DNA of 16,986 nt, from NCBI GenBank assembly GCA_018985225.1, contig JADGIF010000150.1, positions 1 to 16,986 on the forward strand. The letters are read 5' to 3'. Position 1 is the stretch's first letter, and every line of letters starts with the position of its first letter. Positions 1 to 7,491 of the stretch are shown one piece after another. A program made the translations under genes and the position numbers. Source of the DNA: Amoeboradix gromovi X-113 (Eukaryota; Fungi; Sanchytriomycota). The notes beneath the pieces were generated by a model that made no database searches, was not told the origin of the DNA, and worked only from the letters and a program-made list of their open reading frames with translations.

Positions 1-493
1 TCAATGTAATACAAGCTAAATTCATCATACTTTGATGACATTCCAAAGGATATTTTAATTGAAAATTTGGAAATAAAGTTAGAAATTGTGCCAAAGATTG
101 AAATAAATAAGCATAGTCTGACATACTTTTGTCTTTAATTCTAGACCTTTGACCTAAAGTCACTTTAAAGATCAATTCTAAATGATTTTGAGCCAATTTA
201 TATGGAAGTGGGAATAATTGTTTGTATTCAGTTGTGTACCAATTCAAGAAATTCAAGAAATAAAAAATGATCTTTGAAGCTGAACTGATAAAAGGCACTA
301 TCAATTCTAATTTACCCATTACCTTTTTTGAATTCTCATGTCTTAATGCACGTTTTAAAGTCATTGTAATAATTTTACAATTGGAAACAATCTTAATATC
401 ACAAAATCGTTTTTGATCTGACTCTACAAAGTCTGGAGGACGTTTTGGCTTTAATGTTTTTCGATCTAAATATAAAATAGACATCGAATTCAT
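1..493 (-). CDS. Partial ORF of unknown function running off the window start (MNSMSILYLDRKTLKPKRPPDFVESDQKRF...). The start may instead be ATG 556 via a 21-nt intron.
   Basis: Manual translation gives 164 uninterrupted codons from ATG 493 to the window edge. It is absent from the ORF track because it has no stop in the window. Divergent from the kinase gene. Confidence 0.75.
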   Translation of the reverse strand, partial: MNSMSILYLDRKTLKPKRPPDFVESDQKRFCDIKIVSNCKIITMTLKRALRHENSKKVMGKLELIVPFISSASKIIFYFLNFLNWYTTEYKQLFPLPYKLAQNHLELIFKVTLGQRSRIKDKSMSDYAYLFQSLAQFLTLFPNFQLKYPLECHQSMMNLACITL

Positions 494-617
494 TTTGCTA
501 TAGAATACTTGATTTCTTCAAGCTAAACCTCGTTTCTTTTTCAAACAATGTAACATTTTATTGAAACAATCTCGTAGTCTCGTTTTCATAGAGTGCGTCT
601 CATGTGTTGAGAAAATT

Positions 618-1556
618 ATGGCACGAGGAGCAAATATTGGGATTTTTAAAAATTGCGAAAGACTTGGCGAGGGTACATATGCTGTTGTATATCAGTCAAT
701 ACACCCTGTAACTAAAGAAAAAATTGCGCTAAAATACATGAAGAACTCAAGGCCAGAAGAAGGATCTGATCTCTCAACGTTGAGAGAATTGAAGTATCTC
801 AAATGTCTAAAGCATGTGAATATTATTAATCTAATAGATGTATTTACGATAGATATGAGTATTGTTATGGTATTAGACATGATGAGTGGAGATTTGGAAG
901 AGCTAATTAAAGATAAAAAAATAATTCTAAGTATCGCGCACACAAAGAGTATTATGTTGATGGCTCTGAGAGGAGTAGCTTACTGCCACATGAATCACAT
1001 TCTGCACCGGGATATAAAGCCTGCCAATTTTCTTATCAGTTTTCTGGGAATTGTCAAATTAGCGGATTTCGGATTGGCCAGGGACTATGGCTTTGACAAT
1101 TCAATGGTCCGCCCTTTGACATCAAACGTTATCACCAGTTGGTATCGCCCACCCGAACTGTTCTTAGATTCTAGATTTTATGAAGGAGCCTGTGATATAT
1201 GGTCCATGGGATGTATAATGGGAGAATTGCTACGCAGATTACCATTATTCCAAGGTAGTAAAGACATTGAAGTCTTCAATCAAATTATCAGTATACTAGG
1301 ATCCCCAAAGCTCGAGGATTGGCCAAACTATAATAGTCTACCGAAAGCATTGGAGCTTAAGGACTCAAATGGTGTGGACCTAAGAGCCCTGTTTCCTGGC
1401 AGTCCGCAAGAATGCGTAGATTTGATTCGCGGAATGTTGAAGTACAACCCAAAAGTTAGACTAACAGCCAAGGAATGCTTACTGCACAGCTTTTTTGTAA
1501 TTACTCCGCATCCCACATTACCAGAGAACCTTCCGAAAATATCCAGATCCACTTGA
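618..1556 (+). CDS. KIN28: Cyclin-dependent kinase CDK7/Kin28 (TFIIH CTD kinase), 312 aa
   Basis: LGEGTYAVVY, IALK, C-helix DLSTLRELKYL (Kin28 DMSAIREVKYL), HRDIKPAN, DFGLAR, T-loop LTSNVITSWYRPPEL, C-terminal P-x-PT-x-P-x-x-LP. The first in-frame ATG is 618; the track start at 561 is TTG. Confidence 0.9.
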   Translation: MARGANIGIFKNCERLGEGTYAVVYQSIHPVTKEKIALKYMKNSRPEEGSDLSTLRELKYLKCLKHVNIINLIDVFTIDMSIVMVLDMMSGDLEELIKDKKIILSIAHTKSIMLMALRGVAYCHMNHILHRDIKPANFLISFLGIVKLADFGLARDYGFDNSMVRPLTSNVITSWYRPPELFLDSRFYEGACDIWSMGCIMGELLRRLPLFQGSKDIEVFNQIISILGSPKLEDWPNYNSLPKALELKDSNGVDLRALFPGSPQECVDLIRGMLKYNPKVRLTAKECLLHSFFVITPHPTLPENLPKISRST

Positions 1557-1589
1557 ATAATACACTAGAATAATAAATTTATTTTACTC

Positions 1590-1926
1590 AGATTTGTTTG
1601 GTGAAAGTAGTTCAACGTCTCACCTGGGTTACATGTGAATATCTGAAAGAATTCAGAGTTCGCACAGCTTGAGCGGACACCATTTAGCATTTTTGGCTGG
1701 GTTGATAAGTCTGTGTTCTAACGATTGCAGCATTTAAATCTTGTAAAATGTACGCTTTCTCTCCATTGTTGATTGCATTTAAAATCCTAAATGGTGGGAT
1801 ATTCTGGACTGCAGTAACTTAAGCAAACTTTGGGTTTCTTTCAATTTGCATGATGATAATAGCTTGTGTTCCTTTGATTCCAATTTATCCTAGATCCGAA
1901 GTTGGCTTCAATTAAAGAACACATGT
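1590..1926 (+). ncRNA. Candidate structured box H/ACA-like RNA (possible telomerase RNA); ends approximate
   Basis: No sizeable ORF on either strand. Several long stems with G-U pairs on the + strand, ANANNA (ATAATA) at 1856-1861, a ~21-bp hairpin at 1865-1923, and ACA at 1921-1923. See findings. Confidence 0.4.
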
Positions 1927-2011
1927 AAAATAGCATAAAATCCGCACTTATTTAAAGAGCTGTTTATTTTGGAAAACTTTAACTAGTTGTCCTTAGTCAC
2001 ACCAATGAAAC

Positions 2012-3181
2012 ATGAACAAACCCGACACCAAAACCGAATGCAAAGGTATAATCGGAAAAGACAATGAGTTTGCTAGACACAGTCTTCTTGTTAGAATCCC
2101 TGAAATACTCACGGGTGCAATCAACCAGCTTTATCATGGGCAGCACTCAAAAGAAATTGAATCTCTAGGAAAATTAATTTATGAGCTTAAGAGAAACAAA
2201 GAAATTTGTCCATTTGATGATGATATGTCTGACCTTGAACAATGGAACAATTGTATAAAAGAGTTAAAAGAGTCAAATCTTTATCCAATGAATTACTTTG
2301 ATGTCCCTTGGTTATTTGCAGAATGCTATGTTTATCGCAAGCTCGAATCTGTTGTGCATCATTTAGATTTCGACGTTTTTGCAGAGGAGAAAATAAGATC
2401 ATTAAATCATTCACTGAACAATTTCAAATCTCTTCCCGCTTTTGATAATATTAAGAATCAGTGTTTTGCTCTTGTATTAAACTCTTTATGGGGCAATCAA
2501 ATGGATTTGTCATTGTATGTCAATATGGCCAATGTGCCTATCCACGTCAACAATGACGACAACCTGATAATCAACGATTTCGATATTCTCTGGCCATACT
2601 TGAAAACCGTTAAATCTGGATGCGTGCACTTCATATTGGATAATGTAGGTGCCGAATTTTTAAATGATCTACTTTTAGCTGATTTTCTGGTTGAAAACAA
2701 TTATGCGAATCAAGTTATATTCCACTGCAAACGAATTCCGTGGTTTGTTAGTGATGCTACACTTGTAGATGTGGATGTGACATTTAGCCAGTTGCTAAAC
2801 CATCCAATACTGAAGGATAACGCTTTGAAATGGAAAAAGTGGCGAAACGAGCATTTTTTCTACAAATCCAATGATTTTTGGACCCTTCCTTACAGCTATT
2901 CACAAATCGAGCAAAGAGATTCTCAATTATTTCAGGAAATATCTCAATCTGACCTGGTAATATTTAAAGGCGATTTGAATTACAGAAAGTTAACTGGGGA
3001 CAGTGTATTACAAGATTCTTTTGACGGAATAAGAAATATACATGCCCTAGCTATTCGTACCTGCAAGTCTGACTCTCTAGTAGGACTTGGTTACGAGAAA
3101 AGACAGGAGCTAAACGCAAAGGATCCAAAGTGGAGAGTTAATGGACAATATGGAGTTGTTCAATACTTTTGTAATAAATAG
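2012..3181 (+). CDS. ARMT1: DUF89/ARMT1-family damage-control metal-dependent phosphatase (YMR027W-like)
   Basis: PWLFAECYVYR, SLWGNQMDLS, FILDNVGAEF...DL, HCKRIPWFVSD, FKGDLNYRKL, RTCKSD, W..NGQYGVVQ. Confidence 0.92.
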   Translation: MNKPDTKTECKGIIGKDNEFARHSLLVRIPEILTGAINQLYHGQHSKEIESLGKLIYELKRNKEICPFDDDMSDLEQWNNCIKELKESNLYPMNYFDVPWLFAECYVYRKLESVVHHLDFDVFAEEKIRSLNHSLNNFKSLPAFDNIKNQCFALVLNSLWGNQMDLSLYVNMANVPIHVNNDDNLIINDFDILWPYLKTVKSGCVHFILDNVGAEFLNDLLLADFLVENNYANQVIFHCKRIPWFVSDATLVDVDVTFSQLLNHPILKDNALKWKKWRNEHFFYKSNDFWTLPYSYSQIEQRDSQLFQEISQSDLVIFKGDLNYRKLTGDSVLQDSFDGIRNIHALAIRTCKSDSLVGLGYEKRQELNAKDPKWRVNGQYGVVQYFCNK

Positions 3182-3185
3182 TTAT

Positions 3186-4052
3186 TTATTTACTATCAAT
3201 AGCTGCTTTGAATCCTTTGTTCTTTTCGAATCCATTCTTAAATCCATGAAAATCAGCAAAGGCTTCCTCCAGTTCTTTTTGAGTATTCATAACAAATGGT
3301 CCGTGCTGGGCAATTGGCTCATTAATAGGTTTACCAGCAACTAGGACAAACCTGCAAGTAGTTGTGGAACTAACAGATAACACTCCAACTTCAGTATCTG
3401 AACCAGCTGAATCCAATACCAAAGTATTATGGGCATCATAAACAACGTTATTAACAGTGCATTTACCGTCAATAATGTAAACAAAGCCATTAAAATCATT
3501 CCGAACTGGCAATTTTACGGATCCGTTTAACAAAACATCCAAATACATCATTGGAGTTTGAGTGTATACACTTGCGTCAACGCCGTTGGCAGATCCTGCA
3601 ATAACATTGATTGATGCATCACCAATTACTGTTTTGGATATCTGACTGGAATCTCTATCTTGATAACTTGGTTCGATCATTTTTCGAGATGCTGGAAGGT
3701 TGATCCAAAGTTGCAAACCATGTGCATTTTCCGTGCACGGTTGCTCAGAATGTACTATACCTTTTCCAGCTGTCATGTACTGAATAGATCCAGGAGTGAT
3801 TTTGCCTCTGTTACCCATGAAGTCCTCGTGTTCAAACTCGCCTTCAAGCATATAAGTAAGGGTTTCGAAGCCGCGATGCGGATGCGCTGGGAACCCATTG
3901 TTTCCGGTAACAAAAAATTCGTCCAGCATCAAAAACGGATCACACCGACTGAATCCTTGACTTCCTACACTTCTTATCACTTTAGCACCTGCGCCTTCTG
4001 CTTGCCAATTTCCTTTGATAACTTTCACAATTGATCGCGCGGTTTTTGACAT
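3186..4052 (-). CDS. PIR: Pirin (bicupin, Fe-binding)
   Basis: DPFLMLDEF, GFPAHPHRGFETLTY, MTAGKGIVHSE, GLQLWINLP, EPIAQHGPFVMNT. Confidence 0.95.
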   Translation of the reverse strand: MSKTARSIVKVIKGNWQAEGAGAKVIRSVGSQGFSRCDPFLMLDEFFVTGNNGFPAHPHRGFETLTYMLEGEFEHEDFMGNRGKITPGSIQYMTAGKGIVHSEQPCTENAHGLQLWINLPASRKMIEPSYQDRDSSQISKTVIGDASINVIAGSANGVDASVYTQTPMMYLDVLLNGSVKLPVRNDFNGFVYIIDGKCTVNNVVYDAHNTLVLDSAGSDTEVGVLSVSSTTTCRFVLVAGKPINEPIAQHGPFVMNTQKELEEAFADFHGFKNGFEKNKGFKAAIDSK

Positions 4053-4167
4053 GTTTTATCATCGCCTCCTAAAATGATCCTTTATAATCTCTCTAGAGAA
4101 TTCGTTCATTATCAACGCTCGACTAAATCTAATTGGCTCGTTTATTTTATTTCGAACCTCCTTTGAA

Positions 4168-5619
4168 ATGCAAGCTGTTGTCCTATTAGCATGTCCACCA
4201 TGGTTATCTAGGTCACATATTCCCAGTGATCTACGAATTATTACATTTGGGGACGAATTGGTAACTACAATCAATTATAAACAAATCAAATTAATATCCT
4301 TACAAGCAATAGAGATAATCTATCAAATTTACCTCATTCTTGATACGGAGATACACAATGAGTTTGTTGTTTATATCGATATACCTCTAGAGTATCAATC
4401 ACTTCTTTCCATCAATAAAATGGTAAAATTTAAATCACCAAATGAATGTTTCTTTCATGACTATTTAAAGTCTATTCATCCTTCTGATCGTGATTTGCTG
4501 GAATTCTGTTGTGATTTATTGACTAACAATGACTTGGAAATAAACGCGCTTCCTCTTAAGCTTGATATTGTACAATCCTTGGATATTAATTTGTTGAATT
4601 GTCTCCTGGATTATCGTCGATTTCATAAATATGTGAACAGAGTTGATCATCTCTTGCTAGATCATGAAATAGATGTTCCTTGTTACTTGTCACCTGTCAA
4701 CACCACCTATATTTTCACTTTAATAAGATTTACTGATAATTTTCCAAATCGCATTTCCTTTAAAGAGGTCAGCGAAGTCACCGACATTAACGAGTGCAGA
4801 CTAGTAAAGTATCAGGTTACTATTGTGTTAGACACTTTATCCGTAACTAGTAGTGATAACTATTATTTATTAAGGCACGCATTAGAATCTGCTGCGAAAT
4901 CAATGTGTAACATGATTTTTCACTTACTGGTTATTGATTCGCATATATTTCAGTTTAGCCCCGCTCAAAAATCTAAAATAATTCATACTATTACGCCATT
5001 CGATGATTTTTTTATGCAGTTCAACCACAGGCTAGGATATATATGTGACAACTCTAAAATTACATTCGAAGGCGCTAGATTAGTTATAAATCAGATTGAA
5101 AGCGGTTTTTCTATCATCGGAAAAACTACCCAAACTGGCAAATCAATTGATTCGTTATTGCAGGCCTCTATGCGTGTAGTTAATAAAACCAGATTCCCAA
5201 ACAACAAGAATCTGCTATTTGAAAACTACTATTCGTTTTTTGACTTCTTCCCTGATGAAAGTCAGTTGGATGTTCAGTTAATCCTTTTCAAAGATTTGCT
5301 ATGCGGAAAAAGAATTAATTGCCAAATAGTTTACAACAAACACACTTTTAATTTGCCGTTTAAGTTTACATCCAAATATGATGCATTTAGATATGCGTTG
5401 CTTTGGTCTAAGCCAGAATTGGTAGTGAAGCACTTCAAGGATGACAAACCGTGGCAGAGGCTAAACAGACCCGCCAAACTGCCCAAAATATTTGAGAGAA
5501 GCGGTGAAAACTACAATAAGTTAGGTTTGAAAATTTCTTCTGTGTTCTATATGAGCGAAAGGGGATTGAATGAATACGACGAGCTATTTACGGTTCCAGT
5601 AAATGAGAATTTAAGTTGA
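4168..5619 (+). CDS. 483-aa protein, probable SZT2 (KICSTOR) N-terminal-domain homolog
   Basis: The ORF itself is clear. Several blocks resemble the human SZT2 N-terminus in the same order (recalled sequence; see finding). The confidence refers to the product call. Confidence 0.5.
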   Translation: [483 protein letters not shown]

Positions 5620-5620
5620 T

Positions 5621-6649
5621 TTATTGTGAGTGAGAACCAAAAACACCGTTTGTCCAGTACAAGTCAGAGTACTTACGATCGTTATCAGGTAGCTGGCTTA
5701 TATCCATAGATTTTGTATGCAAAGTCAATGACGGCTCTGGCCAATATCTCCGAGGAACTACAAGGGATTTAGCAGCAGGATAATCTCTAATAACCATGTC
5801 TAAGCCGAATAGAACGTCACGAGGTGTTAATTGATAAACGCGACCACTTCCTTTTTCTTTCTTCTTTTCTTCACCTTCTGTCATCCAGGATAATTGGCGA
5901 GCACCAGCTGCAGCTAAAGCAGTCTTGTCAGTAAGTTTCTTCTTATATTCCTCGGGCAAATTGGCATAATCTTTTTTGGTCATGGTACCGTCTAGATTAG
6001 GCCTTTTCTCTTTCTTTTTAGAAGAAATGTCGGGCATCACTTTTTTAGTCATTTCCTTGTCAATCTTCGCAATAGCAGCTAGTTGCTTTTTGTAATTTAC
6101 ACCCGGCTTGACTTGAAAGTTCCAGGTATCTGGATTATGGTAGTTTTGATTAGGTGGTTTAGGCTTTTGTCTGCTATTGTCTGCCGCATATTCCTCGAGC
6201 TTTTTTTGGTAGATGTATTGGATCGTTAACGACTGATTTGATCGATGTTGAGCTGCTTTCACACTAGGATTTAAAACGCAAGTCAAAAACTCATTAGCAG
6301 CTTGGTTCATAAACTGAGCTATGGAGGTAGCTTGAACCAGAGTCAATTGATGCTTCTTCGCGATTTGCTCAATCACCTTTCTAGTGGCGTTGATATTCAT
6401 GAACCAACCAGGTTCTTTGGGGTAGACTTGTGCGAATTCACGATCTAAAGTATCATCAACAACCAGCTCGTCCTCTAGTTTTTGTCTTTTTACTGCTCGC
6501 AAATTGTATCTTTTCTCATACAGGTTACTTTCTTCTTTGTTGATATCCACAAAAGCCGCTGCATCCTGCAACTGGCGGGTATCTACGTTGCCTTCTAACT
6601 GCTCTAAATCAGAACTGTCTGCCTCTAGAGAACTTTGATCTCGATCCAT
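5621..6649 (-). CDS. TAF4: TFIID subunit TAF4, 342 aa
   Basis: LQDAAAFVDINKEESNL, histone fold FMN...IEQIAKKHQL...MNQAANEFL...AAQHR, TDKTALAAAG..SWM (cf. ANLTALAAIG), LTPRDVLFGLD. The first ATG is 6649; the upstream 83 codons in the track are antisense to the neighbouring gene. Confidence 0.88.
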   Translation of the reverse strand: MDRDQSSLEADSSDLEQLEGNVDTRQLQDAAAFVDINKEESNLYEKRYNLRAVKRQKLEDELVVDDTLDREFAQVYPKEPGWFMNINATRKVIEQIAKKHQLTLVQATSIAQFMNQAANEFLTCVLNPSVKAAQHRSNQSLTIQYIYQKKLEEYAADNSRQKPKPPNQNYHNPDTWNFQVKPGVNYKKQLAAIAKIDKEMTKKVMPDISSKKKEKRPNLDGTMTKKDYANLPEEYKKKLTDKTALAAAGARQLSWMTEGEEKKKEKGSGRVYQLTPRDVLFGLDMVIRDYPAAKSLVVPRRYWPEPSLTLHTKSMDISQLPDNDRKYSDLYWTNGVFGSHSQ

Positions 6650-6662
6650 CCGTTGTTTTGAA

Positions 6663-7472
6663 ATGATTTTTTTGAATTTGTGTGCTGCGACAATTGCAAA
6701 AGATTTTGTCGAATTTGGACTCTTGACCAAGGAAATTGAGGACCTCAAAGCAGAAATTGTTCCGATTAAGAAGATACAGCATAACAGTGCAATTGAAGCT
6801 GCTGGTATATATAAAAGACTTTTTACAAAAAGGCACAATAAAATTCCAAAAAAAATCAAGGAGGATCTTCTTTCGATAGAGTCAGGCAATTCAGTCAAGT
6901 CAGATAAGAATTACGTATCTAAACAGTTTGCTAGCTTGCTGGTCAACATATTTAAATGTGTTAAGAACCAAAGCTCTTTTACAGAAACAGATTGTCATAT
7001 TAAGGCTTTTAAGGGCTTTTTGAGGGTATCGGAGCTACTTTGGCTTGTTAACAAACCATCGGATATAATCACTGTCGAAGATATTCATATTGCATTAGCA
7101 TTCTCAGTTAAGAGTAATATAAACGGATTGATTAAAATAGTGGAGAAGCTAAGTGGCTACAGTAAACCGTCTGCTGAGGAACTGAAGAAAGTTAAACAAG
7201 TACCTTGGGAAAAGGTGTTCAGTCTTTCGAGCAGAGTCAACTGTACCACTTGCGGAAACAAAGTCTTGTATTATAGCGGAAACTCAATGATGAACAATGT
7301 AGATAGATTTTTAAAAGTCTTGTGGGCATACAAGGAATCTCACCCAATTCAGTTCGGTATGGTGCCGACTCTTGGAGTGGACCAAATTGAAAGTTTGGTT
7401 GGTAAAATCATATCAGACAAGCCAGATACTGTGGAAGCTACGGATAACACGGAAGATGAGGATGAGTTATAA
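6663..7472 (+). CDS. Orphan 269-aa protein with a short hydrophobic N-terminus, CxxC and C-terminal EDEL; possibly ER-luminal
   Basis: ATG 6663 to TAA 7472 with AATAAA at the stop. MIFLNLCAA N-terminus, CTTC, ...EDEDEL*. Confidence 0.75.
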   Translation: MIFLNLCAATIAKDFVEFGLLTKEIEDLKAEIVPIKKIQHNSAIEAAGIYKRLFTKRHNKIPKKIKEDLLSIESGNSVKSDKNYVSKQFASLLVNIFKCVKNQSSFTETDCHIKAFKGFLRVSELLWLVNKPSDIITVEDIHIALAFSVKSNINGLIKIVEKLSGYSKPSAEELKKVKQVPWEKVFSLSSRVNCTTCGNKVLYYSGNSMMNNVDRFLKVLWAYKESHPIQFGMVPTLGVDQIESLVGKIISDKPDTVEATDNTEDEDEL

Positions 7473-7491
7473 ATAAACGAATTAAAATTAT

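Noticed and set aside
241-260. 9-nt direct repeat AATTCAAGA x2
   Set aside because: A trivial coding duplication (FLN-FLN). No CRISPR array, transposon, tRNA or rRNA was seen anywhere in the window.
1590-1960. RNase P/MRP, SRP, U3, snR30/U17 or antizyme identity for the spacer; Sm-like ATTTTTGG (1689) and C-box-like ATGATGA (1850)
   Set aside because: There is no proper CR-I/CR-V pair, SRP helix-8 motif or m1/m2 motif pair, and no CTGA D box downstream of the C-like box. All frames are interrupted by several stops.
3186-4052. Bacterial horizontal transfer of pirin
   Set aside because: The motifs fit ordinary eukaryotic pirins, and composition and expression signals match the neighbouring genes.
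6650-6898. Hydrophobic 83-aa N-terminal extension of TAF4, implying overlapping genes
   Set aside because: It starts at a non-ATG codon and is the antisense shadow of the Lys/Glu-rich 6663 gene.
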